NCBI GenBank assembly: GCA_963729605.1
Contig: CAVSNY010000006.1
Location: forward strand, 384,001-448,000
Direction of reading: 5' to 3'
Origin: an uncultured Gammaproteobacteria bacterium
Lineage (GTDB): Bacteria > Pseudomonadota > Gammaproteobacteria > DRLM01
DNA length: 64,000 nt
The first letter of the stretch is position 1; each line of letters starts with the position of its first letter. Positions 1-10,258 of the stretch are shown piece by piece. The position numbers were made by a program, and so were the translations under genes. The notes under the pieces were generated by a model. The model searched no databases, was not told the origin of the DNA, and worked only from the letters and a program-made list of their open reading frames with translations.

Positions 1-765
1 GGTGTTCACGTCCAACACCACCGCCGAACCGGATTTGGCGCGGTTCATCTGCACGGCGGCCTTGAGCTCGCGGTAGGCGATATATTGAATGCGGCGATCG
101 ATGCTGAGGGCGAGGTCGCGGCCGGGGACCGGCTCGTTGACGCGCTCGACGGTTTCGACGATGCGGCCGAGGCGGTCCTTCACCACCCGCATGCTGCCCG
201 GCGTGCCGTGCAGCACCGATTCGAAACTCCGCTCCAAGCCCTCCTGGCCGGCGTCGTCGACGTTGGTGAAACCGATGAGATGCGCGGCGACTTCGCCGGC
301 CGGATAATAACGCCGGTATTCGCGCTGAAGAGAAACCCCGGGAATACCCAGCGCCATTACCTGTTCCGCCAGCTCCGGCTGCACGTGGCGTTTGAGATAG
401 ACGAACTCGCGCGTCGCGTTGCGCTCGATGCGTTCTTTTAACCAGGCGCGATTGACGTCCAAGGTCTTGGCCAATTGATTCCACTCGTCGCGCGCACTCA
501 GCAAATCTTGTGGATTGGCCCAGATCGAATCCACCGGCGTGCTGATGGCCAGGGGTTCGCCGTGGCGGTCGGTGATCATGCCGCGATGGGCGGGAATACT
601 CACCACCCGCAGATGGCGAGCGTCGCCCTGGCCTTGCAGGAAATCTTTATGAAGAATCTGCAAATCCACGGCGCGCCAGATCAAGCCCGCCACCACCACG
701 AGCATCAGTCCGAGCAGCGTAATCCGCCGGCCGCGATAATTGGCTGCCCCTGCTTTGCCGGTCAC
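1..765 (-). CDS. ftsI: Peptidoglycan D,D-transpeptidase FtsI (PBP3), 5' part, runs off window
   Basis: Manual translation from a GTG overlapping the ftsL stop gives [77 protein letters not shown], which has a TM anchor and the RG.I.DR.G.PLA motif; canonical dcw order. Confidence 0.93.
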   Translation of the reverse strand, partial: MTGKAGAANYRGRRITLLGLMLVVVAGLIWRAVDLQILHKDFLQGQGDARHLRVVSIPAHRGMITDRHGEPLAISTPVDSIWANPQDLLSARDEWNQLAKTLDVNRAWLKERIERNATREFVYLKRHVQPELAEQVMALGIPGVSLQREYRRYYPAGEVAAHLIGFTNVDDAGQEGLERSFESVLHGTPGSMRVVKDRLGRIVETVERVNEPVPGRDLALSIDRRIQYIAYRELKAAVQMNRAKSGSAVVLDVNT

Positions 766-1085
766 GGTTTCAATACCACCACTTGATTGGGCTCCGGGAT
801 CGCCATGCCCAGCTTGGGACCGGCGATGCCCTCGACACGGCCATGAGTGGCCCAGGTACTTTGTTCCAACTGCAATTGACCCCACTCGATATCCAAGTCG
901 TCGCGGGCCTTTTGCAAGGCCTGCAACTCGACGAACAATTTGCGGCTCTGATGTTTGGCGTACACCACGCCCAGCGCCGAAACCACGACGCACAACATCA
1001 GCCAGACCATGGCCCGCGACCGCCGCGGGGCGCGCGTCTCCGCACCCCGGTTTGCGATCCGTTCCGCCGCCGCCCGCAGATTCAT
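762..1085 (-). CDS. ftsL: Cell division protein FtsL
   Basis: 107 aa; TM segment then coiled coil with [19 protein letters not shown]; lies between rsmH and ftsI. Confidence 0.95.
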   Translation of the reverse strand: MNLRAAAERIANRGAETRAPRRSRAMVWLMLCVVVSALGVVYAKHQSRKLFVELQALQKARDDLDIEWGQLQLEQSTWATHGRVEGIAGPKLGMAIPEPNQVVVLKP

Positions 1086-2014
1086 ACCCGTTCCGCCACG
1101 CGCAACACCGCGCTGCGGGCGCGGGGGTTGTCCCGCACTTCCGCCTCCGCCGGGAAGCGCGCCTTGCCGACGGCCCGCAAGGTGGGTTGCGCGGCATTCG
1201 GCAATAACGGGAGATGACGCGGCAAGTCTTCACCGCGCGCCTCGCGGCGCATATAACGCTTCACGATGCGATCTTCCAGCGAATGAAAACTGATCACCGC
1301 CAAGCGGCCGCCCGGCGCGAGCACCCGCACCGCCTGCGGCAGGCTGGCTTCCAGCGCCTCCAATTCACCATTGATATAAATACGCAAGGCTTGAAACGCG
1401 CGGGTCGCGGGGTGTTTGTCTCGCTCCCAAGCGGGATTGGCGGCAGTGACTATGGCCGCCAAACGCGCCGTGGTGGTGATGGGCGATTCCTGCCGCGCCT
1501 GCACGATGGCCCGCGCGATGCGTTTGGCGTAACGCTCCTCGCCGTAGGTCTTCAACACGTGAGCGATATCGGTTTCGCGGGCGCGGGCCAGCCAGGCCGC
1601 GGCGCTTTCACCCTGACCGGGGTCCATGCGCATGTCGAGGGGGCCGTCGCGCAAAAAACTGAAGCCGCGCGCCGGGTCGTCCAATTGGGGCGACGACACG
1701 CCGAGGTCAAACAACACCCCATCCACCTTGCCCGCCACACCGGCGGCCTCTGCAACAAACTCCAACATGGCGAATGTACCTTGTTGAATAGTGAAACGGT
1801 GGTCCCCCGCCAGCCGCTCCTTGGCCACCTGCACCGCCCGGGGATCCCTATCAATGGCGATGAGCCGCCCCTGTTCTCCGAGGTGATCCAATATCGCTCC
1901 GGCATGCCCGCCCCGCCCGAAGGTGGCATCCAGGTATACGCCCGACGGGCGGATTCGTAAGGCCTCCACCACCTCTTGCAACATGACCGGGTGATGGATG
2001 TCCACATCAACCAT
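1082..2014 (-). CDS. rsmH: 16S rRNA m4C1402 methyltransferase RsmH (MraW)
   Basis: [52 protein letters not shown] motifs; start placed at ATG 2014. Confidence 0.97.
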   Translation of the reverse strand: MVDVDIHHPVMLQEVVEALRIRPSGVYLDATFGRGGHAGAILDHLGEQGRLIAIDRDPRAVQVAKERLAGDHRFTIQQGTFAMLEFVAEAAGVAGKVDGVLFDLGVSSPQLDDPARGFSFLRDGPLDMRMDPGQGESAAAWLARARETDIAHVLKTYGEERYAKRIARAIVQARQESPITTTARLAAIVTAANPAWERDKHPATRAFQALRIYINGELEALEASLPQAVRVLAPGGRLAVISFHSLEDRIVKRYMRREARGEDLPRHLPLLPNAAQPTLRAVGKARFPAEAEVRDNPRARSAVLRVAERV

Positions 2015-2019
2015 GGGCG

Positions 2020-2472
2020 TCAGAGAGAAAGCGATTCCAACTCGGCCGGCAAAGGATGTTCGCCATCCTCCTCCGCCAACCACTGTTCACGGCTCGCATC
2101 CCAACTCGCCTCATTCCACAATTCAAATTTATTACCCTGCCCGATCAGCACCACCCGCTTATCGAGGTCCGCAAATTCACGTAACGGGGGCGGCAGCAGA
2201 ATCCGGCCCGCGCCGTCGAGCTCCACCTCGGTGGCATGCCCGATCAACAGCCGCTGCAAACGGCGGGCTTGCGGGTTGAAGCTCGGGAGTTTGACCAGTT
2301 TGCGCTCGATCACTTCCCACTCCGGCAGGGGATACAGCAACAGGCAATGATCGCGGTCCACCGTGATCACCAATTGGCCATTGCACATTTCCTGAAGACG
2401 ATCGCGGTACTTGGCCGGCATCGCCATGCGGCCTTTGGTATCCAGATTGAGCGCGTTGACCCCGCGAAACAC
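2020..2472 (-). CDS. mraZ: Transcriptional regulator MraZ
   Basis: MFRG...[10 protein letters not shown] and [10 protein letters not shown] duplicated SpoVT/AbrB motifs; first gene of dcw. Confidence 0.97.
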   Translation of the reverse strand: MFRGVNALNLDTKGRMAMPAKYRDRLQEMCNGQLVITVDRDHCLLLYPLPEWEVIERKLVKLPSFNPQARRLQRLLIGHATEVELDGAGRILLPPPLREFADLDKRVVLIGQGNKFELWNEASWDASREQWLAEEDGEHPLPAELESLSL

Positions 2473-2494
2473 CCTGCGCCTCCCGTGAGCGGAT

Positions 2495-2526
2495 CACCAC
2501 TATGACCCACTTTGCCCCACTTCCAC
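2495..2526 (-). promoter_or_regulatory. MraZ operator: three AGTGG direct repeats at 10-bp period
   Basis: CCACT at 2497, 2507 and 2517 on + (AGTGG on -), just upstream of the mraZ start; MraZ is known to bind phased (G)TGG(G) repeats. Confidence 0.75.
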
Positions 2527-2754
2527 ACACTATAGGTAGGCGCATGCCCCAGTGTCAAGGAAATTCAAGACACGATCCACGGGATTCCTGCTGTGGTGAC
2601 AGGGACTTAGAGCAACATTGATCAACAAGGTATACGAAAAATTCTCGACAAAGAACGCGCTGAAATCATGGGCTTGAGAGGGGTAGTTTTGGTAAGGACT
2701 TAAGAGTGGGCGCCGTCTCGGATCACACGGCGTGGTGAAAGTGGGAAAAAATAA

Positions 2755-3101
2755 GGAGTCGGCCGATAAGCCGGGTTCTGTCGTGGACAGTCATTCATCT
2801 GCGATACGCGTCGCCACGCACCTCTAGCGACCTACCCGGGGACAACGCGGGCCGCGTCCAAGTCCCCCTATTTGGTCTTGCTCCGGGTGGGGTTTACCCT
2901 GCCGCGCGTGTTGCCACCCGCGCGGTGCGCTCTTACCGCACCATTTCACCCTTACCTGCCCCTCGCGGGACATCGGCGGTATATTTTCTGTGGCACTTTC
3001 CGTAGGCTCGCGCCCCCCAGGCGTTACCTGGCACCCTGCCCTATGGAGCCCGGACTTTCCTCCATATCCACAAGGGATACAGCGACTGTCTAGCCGACTC
3101 C
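2755..3101 (-). ncRNA. rnpB: RNase P RNA, bacterial class A
   Basis: Minus strand reads GGAGTCGGCTAGACAGTCGC...GAGGAAAGTCCGGGCTCC...AGTGCCACAGAAAA...ACAGAACCCGGCTTATCGGCCGACTCC; P1 ends are complementary; between rsmI and mraZ. Confidence 0.97.
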
Positions 3102-3165
3102 GGCGCTAAAGGTAAAGCACGCGGCCGGCGGGGGCAAGACATTTCACGCGCCGGCGGTAACCCCG

Positions 3166-4023
3166 TCATTCATTCTCACCCTCCCGCAGCGACACCGCCA
3201 ATTCGTACAAGCGGTTGCGGCGTTCACCGCTGATCTCCGCCGCCAAGGCCACCGCCTGTTTGAGTGGCAGCTCCGCCAACAGCACGCCCAGCACCCGCCG
3301 GCTTTCCTCGCTCACCGCGTCGGACGGCCGCGGCTCTGCGCCGCGCACCAACACCACCAGTTCACCTTTTTGTTGATCATCATCGTCCCGCACCCAGCTT
3401 GCCAAGTCACCGAGCGGCGCGGCGCGGAGGGTCTCGTATAACTTGGTCAGTTCCCGCGCCAGCACCGCCTCGCGTCCGGCGCCGAAGACCTGCGCCATAT
3501 CGTCCAAGGCCGCGACGATACGGTGGGGCGCCTCGTAAAAAATCAGCGTGCGCGGATCGGCCTGTACGTCGAGCAATCGCTCGCGGCGGGCGGCGGGTTT
3601 GGCGGGCAAAAAACCCTCGAAGGAAAAGCGGTCGGTGGGCAGACCCGAGGCCGACAAGGCGGCGACGAGGGCGCTCGCCCCGGGCACGGGGATCACCCGC
3701 GCCCCCGCCTGATGGGCGGCGCGCACCAAATGATAACCGGGGTCGCTCAGCAGCGGCGTCCCCGCGTCGCTGATGAGGGCGATGGCCTCGCCGGCAAAGA
3801 GTCGCGCGATCAATTTCTCCGCCTGCTGCCGCTCGTTGTGCTCGTGCAGCGCGACCATCGGCGTGGCGATAGCGAAATGCCGCAGCAGCGGCGCGCTGTG
3901 ACGGGTATCCTCCGCCGCGATCACGCTCACGCCGCGCAACACTTCCACCGCACGCGGCGACATATCGCCTAAATTTCCAATGGGCGTCGCCACCACGTAC
4001 AACGCGCCCGCCACGATTGACAC
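3166..4023 (-). CDS. rsmI: 16S rRNA Cm1402 methyltransferase RsmI
   Basis: LYVVATPIGNLGD, AAEDTRH, SDAGTPLLSDPG, FEGFLP, RELTKLYE; start taken at GTG 4023. Confidence 0.96.
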   Translation of the reverse strand: MSIVAGALYVVATPIGNLGDMSPRAVEVLRGVSVIAAEDTRHSAPLLRHFAIATPMVALHEHNERQQAEKLIARLFAGEAIALISDAGTPLLSDPGYHLVRAAHQAGARVIPVPGASALVAALSASGLPTDRFSFEGFLPAKPAARRERLLDVQADPRTLIFYEAPHRIVAALDDMAQVFGAGREAVLARELTKLYETLRAAPLGDLASWVRDDDDQQKGELVVLVRGAEPRPSDAVSEESRRVLGVLLAELPLKQAVALAAEISGERRNRLYELAVSLREGENE

Positions 4024-4120
4024 CTGTGCCCCCCCCACCGATACTGTGCCCCCGTGATCCTCAAACATTCCGTTTCGCCGCCCGCCACCCCGGCGGCCAA
4101 GGCGTCCGTCAAGCTACACC

Positions 4121-6007
4121 ATGAAACAATTCTCCACAATCCGCCGCGGCCTGCTTTACGCCGCCGCCCTCCTGGCCACCTTGAGCGCCTGCGCCACCGC
4201 CACCGAGCAATCCACTCAATCCGACGCCGCCCTGCTGGAAAAGGCGCGTGACGCCGAACGGAGCGGCAGTTACGCGGTGGCGGCCCAAGACTATTTGAAT
4301 CTCGCCACCGTCGGTGAACCGGCGGCGCGTTATGAATACTTGTTGAACGCGGCCGAGGCCTTTTATCGCGGCAGCTTTCTTGCCCAGGCCAAGAACACGC
4401 TGGCGGCGCTGCCGCCGCCGGCGCTCAGCCCGCGGCAGTTGGCCCGGCGGCAAAACCTGGTGGCCGCCATCGCCATCACCGAGCGCGACCCCGCCGCCGC
4501 GCTCGATGCTCTCAAGGACGTCGACGCCGCCGGCATGCCCCCCGACGTGCGCGCGGAGATCCATCAACTGCGGGCCATGGCCTACACCCAGACCGGCAAG
4601 CCGCTGGAATCGGTGCGCGAACGCATCGCGTTGGCGCCGCTATTGACCGACCCGGACGCCGCCCGCCGCAACGATCAACAACTGTGGCAAACCCTCCTCG
4701 GTCTGCCGCCGTCGGCGCTGGACAACCCCCGTCCCGCACCGCCGCCGGACACCCTCAACGGCTGGCTGGCCTTGCTGCGCATCGCGAAAATCCCGCTCAC
4801 CCAAGGCTTCGGCATCGAACAACGCATCGACGAATGGCGCCGTCTCTATCCGCACCATCCCGCCGGCCCGGACCTGCTCGACTCCCTGCTGGCGCGCCAG
4901 CCGGAACGGATGAGCAACCAACAACCCGGGCACATCGCCCTGTTGTTGCCCCTGAGCGGCGGTTTCGCCGCGGCGGGGGAAGCTGTGCGAGACGGCTTTC
5001 TCGCCGCCTACTTTCAGCGCGAACAGACCGCCTATCAGCCGGTCATCCAAATTTACGACAGCGGCGAAAACCCCGCCCAGGCGGCGCAGCTCTACGCCCG
5101 CGCGGTGGCGGACGGCGCCGAATTCGTGGTGGGCCCCTTATCGAAGGAAGCCGTGACCGCGCTGCGGCGGCACGACGCGCTCCGCGTGCCCGTGCTCGCG
5201 CTCAATTACAGCGACGACACCCAACCCCCGCCCGCCAACTTTTTTCAATTCGGCCTCGCCCCCGAAGACGAGGCCCGTCAGGTCGCGGAACGCGCCTGGC
5301 TGGACGGCCACACCCAGGCCTTGGCCATCGTACCCACCGGCGAATGGGGTGGCCGGGTGCTGCGCGCCTTTCAAGAACACTGGCAACATTTGGGCGGCCG
5401 GCTGGTGGCCACTCAAAACTACGCGGCCAACGAAAATGATTTCTCTGCGCCGCTGCGCCGCCTGCTCGATATCGACGCCAGCGAAAACCGCGCGCGCGCC
5501 CTGCGCGCCGCCCTGCAAACCGATCTCAAATTCGAACCGCGGCGGCGCCAGGACGCGGACTTCATCTTCATGGCCGCCTTTCCGCGCCAGGCCCGGCAAA
5601 TTCCGCCGCAACTGAAATTTTTCTACGCCGGCGATCTGCCGATCTACGCCACCTCGCACATTTACGAAGGCCGGCCCGATCCCGACAAAGACCGCGACCT
5701 CGACGGCGTGAGTTTTACCGACATCCCCTGGCTGCTGGACGATCAAGCCCAGCCCTTGCGCGACGCCGTCGAACAAGCCTGGCCCGGCCAAGCCGCCTCG
5801 CGGCGCCTCGCGGCGCTGGGTGCCGACGCCTATCGACTCATTCCTTATCTGGACTTACTGCGAAATTCGCCCCAAGAAGCATTTCCCGGCGCCACCGGCC
5901 GCTTGACCCTGGACGCCGACAACCGGATACGCCGCGCGCCGCTGTGGGCGCGTTTCAGAAAGGGCGAACCCACCGCGCTGGCGCCCGCCGCCGCGCCGGC
6001 GCAATGA
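4121..6007 (+). CDS. lpoA: PBP1a activator lipoprotein LpoA (LppC family)
   Basis: Lipobox LSAC; IALLLPLSG, VVGPLSKE, FGLAPEDEARQVAE, RRRQDAD motifs; rsmI-lpoA-yraN synteny. Confidence 0.92.
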   Translation: MKQFSTIRRGLLYAAALLATLSACATATEQSTQSDAALLEKARDAERSGSYAVAAQDYLNLATVGEPAARYEYLLNAAEAFYRGSFLAQAKNTLAALPPPALSPRQLARRQNLVAAIAITERDPAAALDALKDVDAAGMPPDVRAEIHQLRAMAYTQTGKPLESVRERIALAPLLTDPDAARRNDQQLWQTLLGLPPSALDNPRPAPPPDTLNGWLALLRIAKIPLTQGFGIEQRIDEWRRLYPHHPAGPDLLDSLLARQPERMSNQQPGHIALLLPLSGGFAAAGEAVRDGFLAAYFQREQTAYQPVIQIYDSGENPAQAAQLYARAVADGAEFVVGPLSKEAVTALRRHDALRVPVLALNYSDDTQPPPANFFQFGLAPEDEARQVAERAWLDGHTQALAIVPTGEWGGRVLRAFQEHWQHLGGRLVATQNYAANENDFSAPLRRLLDIDASENRARALRAALQTDLKFEPRRRQDADFIFMAAFPRQARQIPPQLKFFYAGDLPIYATSHIYEGRPDPDKDRDLDGVSFTDIPWLLDDQAQPLRDAVEQAWPGQAASRRLAALGADAYRLIPYLDLLRNSPQEAFPGATGRLTLDADNRIRRAPLWARFRKGEPTALAPAAAPAQ

Positions 6008-6381
6008 ACACGCGCCCGCCGCCGGGCCAAAAGGGCCGGGAAGAAGAAGAGCGGGCTTGCCGGTATCTGCTGACTCAAGGACTCAAGCCGCGGGAGCGCA
6101 ACTACCGTTGCCGCCACGGTGAAATCGATCTCATCATGGATGACGGCGCCGCCCTGGTGTTCGTCGAGGTGCGTTACCGGGCCAATCGCCGTTTCGCCGG
6201 CGGCGCCGAAAGCGTCGATCGCCGCAAGCAAGCCAAACTCGTCGCGGCGGCCCAGTATTATTTGCAGGCGCACCGCGAGCTGGCGCGGCGGCCGGCGCGT
6301 TTCGACGTGATCGCCCTCGCCCCCGGCGACGAACTTAGCGGTATCGAATGGATCAAAAACGCGTTCCACGCCGAGACATGA
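6004..6381 (+). CDS. yraN: YraN family protein (UPF0102)
   Basis: RNYRCRHGEIDLIM, LVFVEVRYR, RFDVIA, EWIKNAF; ATG overlaps the lpoA stop (ATGA). Confidence 0.95.
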   Translation: MNTRPPPGQKGREEEERACRYLLTQGLKPRERNYRCRHGEIDLIMDDGAALVFVEVRYRANRRFAGGAESVDRRKQAKLVAAAQYYLQAHRELARRPARFDVIALAPGDELSGIEWIKNAFHAET

Positions 6382-6418
6382 CGCATCTATATTTTAGAAT
6401 TTTAAGAGGAGCGAGACC

Positions 6419-7016
6419 TTGAAAACCAAAACCAATAAGCACACGACATCCGGCCTGGCGGCGCTGACCTTGATCGCCGGTATTCGCGACGGGCCTGCAA
6501 GGTTGCGCGGTGGTGGCGGTGGGCGGTGCCGGCGCCGCGGTGGCCACCGATCGCCGCAGCGCCGGCGCGATGGTCGACGATCAAGCCATCGAATTGAAGA
6601 TCAATAATGCGCTTTTTAAAAATCCCCAATTGAGCAAACGCGCGCACATCAATGTCACCAGTTACGGCGGGGTGGCGCTGCTCACCGGCGAAGCGCCCAG
6701 CGAAGAGTTGCGCGACACCGCGGTGGAACTCGCCCGCCACGTGGAGAATGTGCGCCGCGTGCATAACGAAATCGTCATCGCCGCGCCCAGCTCCACCAAG
6801 TCGCGCAGCCAGGATGCATGGATCACCACCAAAGTGAAAACCAAATTGATGGCCACTAAAGGCATCAGCGCCAACAGCGTCAAAGTGGTCACCGAAAGCG
6901 GCTCGGTCTATTTGATGGGGCTGCTTACCCGGGCTGAGGCCGACATCGCCACGGAAGCGGCGCGTCACATCGACGGCGTCAGCCGCGTAGTCACCCTCTT
7001 CGAATATCAAGATTAA
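6419..7016 (+). CDS. dolP: Dual-BON lipoprotein DolP/YraP with an apparent 1-nt frameshift near 6480
   Basis: Frame 1 gives MKTKTNKHTTSGLAALTLIA; the shifted frame continues VFATGLQGC (lipobox) then DRRSAG and two BON domains (DAWITTKVK, VKVVTE.G.VYLMG). Confidence 0.85.
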
Positions 7017-7025
7017 ACGCGCGCC

Positions 7026-8423
7026 GTGTCCCCCGCTCCCCTAACTCCGGCCATGCTCGCCGCGCTGCGCAGCGCGGCGGGCGCGGACCGGGTTCTCACC
7101 GATCCCGCCGATTGTTGGCCTTACGGCTACGACAACAGCCGGCGCCACGCCTTGCCGCGGGCAGTGGTGTTCGCCACCACCCACGAGCAGGTGCGTGACA
7201 TCGTGCGTTTATGTAACGAACATGCCGTGCCCCTGGTGGCGCGCGGCCGCGGCACCGGCACCACCGGCGCCACCGTGCCGCTGCACGGCGGCGTGGTGCT
7301 GGCGCTGGAGCGCATGGACCGCATCCTCGCCGTCGATCCCGACAACCGGGTGATGGTGGTGGAGCCCGGCGTCACCAATCAGGCGGTGCAGGACGCCGCG
7401 GCGCAACGCGGTTTCTTCTGGCCACCCGATCCGACCAGCGCGGCCTTTTGCAGCGTGGGCGGCAATCTCGCCTACAACTCCGCCGGACCGCGCGCGGTGA
7501 AATACGGCACGCCGCGCGAAAACACCTTGGGCTTGCGCGCCGTCACCGGCAGCGGCGCCGAGATCCGCACCGGCGTGTACACGACCAAGGGTGTGGTGGG
7601 CTACGATCTCACCCGGTTGTTGATCGGCTCGGAGGGTACGCTGGCGATCATCACCGAAGCCACCTTGAAACTCACGCCGCTTCCGGAAACCCGCCGCACG
7701 CTACAGGCCGTGTACGCCGACATGCACGGCGCGGCGCGCGCGGTGTCGCGCATCATGGCGCAAGCGGTGACGCCCTGCGCGCTGGAATTCATCGACGGCC
7801 GCGCCATCGAGATGATCCGCGCCTATGCGCAGACACCCTTGCCCAGCGGCGCGGGCGCGATGTTGATGATCGAAGTGGACGGCCAGCACGCCGCCATCGA
7901 CGCGGCGGCCGACAGCGTAGTGCGGGCCGCGCAAGGCGAAGGTTTGCTGGACATCATCGCCGCGCGCGGCAAGGAAGAAACCGCCGCGCTGTGGGCGACT
8001 CGTAAAGCATTATCGCCCGCGCTGCGCACCATCGCGCCGAAGAAGATCAACGAAGACGTGGTGGTGCCGGTGTCGCGCATGGCGGAGTTGATCGGTGGCC
8101 TCGAGAAATTGTCGCGGGAATTCGCCATCACCATCGTCAATTTCGGCCACGCCGGCAACGGTAATATCCACGTCAATCTCTTGGTGAATCCCGACGACCC
8201 GGCGGAAATGGCGCGGGCCGAGCATTGTCTCGACCGGGTCTTCGATCTGGTGTTGAAGCTCAAGGGCACCTTGTCGGGCGAACACGGCGTCGGCATCGAA
8301 AAACGCGACTTCGTCGCCCGCGAGATCGAACCGGAAACCCTGGAACTGATGCGCGCGATCAAACGGCTGTTCGATCCCAAAGAGATACTCAATCCCGGTA
8401 AGATGCTGCCCGCTGAAAAATAA
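7026..8423 (+). CDS. FAD-linked oxidase, GlcD/D-2-hydroxyacid dehydrogenase family
   Basis: RGRGTG, PPDPTS, GGNLAYN.AGPRAVKYG, GYDLTRLLIGSEGTL, EDVVVP, GHAGNGNIH, SGEHGVG, LNPGK. Confidence 0.9.
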   Translation: MSPAPLTPAMLAALRSAAGADRVLTDPADCWPYGYDNSRRHALPRAVVFATTHEQVRDIVRLCNEHAVPLVARGRGTGTTGATVPLHGGVVLALERMDRILAVDPDNRVMVVEPGVTNQAVQDAAAQRGFFWPPDPTSAAFCSVGGNLAYNSAGPRAVKYGTPRENTLGLRAVTGSGAEIRTGVYTTKGVVGYDLTRLLIGSEGTLAIITEATLKLTPLPETRRTLQAVYADMHGAARAVSRIMAQAVTPCALEFIDGRAIEMIRAYAQTPLPSGAGAMLMIEVDGQHAAIDAAADSVVRAAQGEGLLDIIAARGKEETAALWATRKALSPALRTIAPKKINEDVVVPVSRMAELIGGLEKLSREFAITIVNFGHAGNGNIHVNLLVNPDDPAEMARAEHCLDRVFDLVLKLKGTLSGEHGVGIEKRDFVAREIEPETLELMRAIKRLFDPKEILNPGKMLPAEK

Positions 8424-8465
8424 ATTCGCGGAGGCGCGCCTTGCGCGGATCGGCGCGCCGATCCG

Positions 8466-8846
8466 CTACTTCACCACCTTCAATTTCGGCTTGCCCGGCG
8501 CGTCGAGCGGCGAGTGCGGCCCATCGGGCGGCGCGCCGCCCTCGTCGCGGAACATCATGCCCTCGCCATTCTCGCGCGCGTAGATGGCGATCACCGCCCG
8601 CGGCGGCAGGGTAACCTCCATGGCCGCGCCGCCGAAGCGCGCGTTGAAGCCCACCTCGTCATTGTTGAGGCGCAATTGATTCACCGCGCGCGGACTGATG
8701 TTGAGCACGATCTGGCCGTCCCGCACATGCTGGGTCGGCACCACGATACCTTCCACCGTCGCGTCCACTACGATGTACGGCGTCATGTCGTTATCGACTA
8801 TCCATTGATATAAAGCACGGATCAAATAAGGCCGGCTCGACGTCAT
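8466..8846 (-). CDS. sspB: ClpXP adaptor SspB
   Basis: MTSSRPYLIRALYQWIVDN, FNARFGG, AIYARENG and the C-terminal ClpX-binding motif LKVVK. Confidence 0.97.
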   Translation of the reverse strand: MTSSRPYLIRALYQWIVDNDMTPYIVVDATVEGIVVPTQHVRDGQIVLNISPRAVNQLRLNNDEVGFNARFGGAAMEVTLPPRAVIAIYARENGEGMMFRDEGGAPPDGPHSPLDAPGKPKLKVVK

Positions 8847-8955
8847 TTTCTGCAAAGACCACACTCCTGTACTGCGATTTGCTTACCCTGCTTACAGCTT
8901 GCGCATCCCTTTATGTAGTATACCCACCGCGGCTACGCGGTCCAGGGCGCTCATT

Positions 8956-8996
8956 AAAAATAAAAACCGCCGCGGGCCGCTCGCGCGCGGCGGTCG
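8956..8996 (-). terminator. Probable intrinsic terminator between sspA and sspB
   Basis: ACCGCCGCG...CGCGGCGGT stem followed by a T-rich run on the minus strand. Confidence 0.5.
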
Positions 8997-9356
8997 TATC
9001 GATCACGGCGATTCAGTTTATTTGGCGTTCCTCAACAAGCAACGATCATGCTGGTTTGGACCGGACGGGGCGTTGATGGCGTAGAGGGCCTTGAACGCGC
9101 GGTCCGTTCCTGAGAGACCTCGACGGTGTCGATTTGCGCAACGGATCCTGCGAATCGATGTTGGCGCCTTTCATTTCCTTCTCGCCGGCCTCCTTGGGCG
9201 TGTCGTCGCACACCGTCTTGAACGCGGCGTTTTCTCGATTATTGCCGAAAATTCCAGGCCAGACCTCCTTCGCTCGTTCGCAAACGAGGGCGGAAGTCAG
9301 TCATTATCTCTATAATTTATTTTTACTGCCCCGGCGCGGTCGCCGGAAAGAGGGTA

Positions 9357-9983
9357 CTAACGGCGCAATTCCTTTTCCGCCGGAGTGAGACTTTGTTTAA
9401 AACCGGCGCGGGCGAACAGGCGGTCGCTGTACTTCTGCAACGCTTTGGCTTGCGGGGGTAATTCAATATCGAAATGCGGCAGACGCCACAACAAAGGACC
9501 GAGCGTGCAATCGGCCAGCGTGAGTTCGTCGCTCATGAAAAAAGGTTTTTGATCGAAGACCGCCGCGATCACCGTCAAGCCTTCGCGGATGATCTTGCGG
9601 GCCTGGGCGGCGGCCTTACTGTCTTCGCCGGAGAGGTCGGGCAATAGACTGTACCAATCCTTTTCCATGCGATGCACGTACAGTTTGATGCGCGCTCGCG
9701 ACACCGGATCCACCGGCAACAAGGGCGGATGAGGATAACGCTCGTCCAGATACTCCATGATGATCTGCGCGTGATACAACACCAAGTCGCGATCGACCAG
9801 GGTGGGCACCGCGCCGTAGGGGCTGAGCTCGCTGAGATCTTCCGGCAACACGTCGCCGTTCACGTTCAGGATGTCGACGCTGATGCCTTTTTCCGCCAAG
9901 ACCAAACGCACCCGGTGGCTTTGCAGGCAGGAGGCTCGGGAATACAAGGTCATGACTGGTCTTCTGCTGGCCGAAATCACCAT
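9357..9983 (-). CDS. sspA: Stringent starvation protein A (GST-like)
   Basis: MTLYS, SHRVRLVLAEKG, PTLVDRDLVLY, IIMEYLDERYPHPPLLPVDPV, PLLWRLP. Confidence 0.96.
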   Translation of the reverse strand: MVISASRRPVMTLYSRASCLQSHRVRLVLAEKGISVDILNVNGDVLPEDLSELSPYGAVPTLVDRDLVLYHAQIIMEYLDERYPHPPLLPVDPVSRARIKLYVHRMEKDWYSLLPDLSGEDSKAAAQARKIIREGLTVIAAVFDQKPFFMSDELTLADCTLGPLLWRLPHFDIELPPQAKALQKYSDRLFARAGFKQSLTPAEKELRR

Positions 9984-10258
9984 GGGTACCTCTCTCATCT
10001 CACACCTCGAGGGCTCACCGCGCAGCCCCGTAGATTACCGTGTCCATCAAGCCCGTCACGCAATTCAAAGATAAGCGGGTCGCTGCCGTTCCCGACCACC
10101 GGGAAGAGGTGCCGATTATACCGTATAGCGCGCTAAGCGTGTGGGAAGCGCCGCGGATTCGACTGTGCGGCGGGAATGCGCCTCGCCGCTCCCCTTTTTT
10201 GATCGATCTTCAATCTTCATCGCCTTGACCCCGCGACAAACCACGGAGCATTTCAAGA

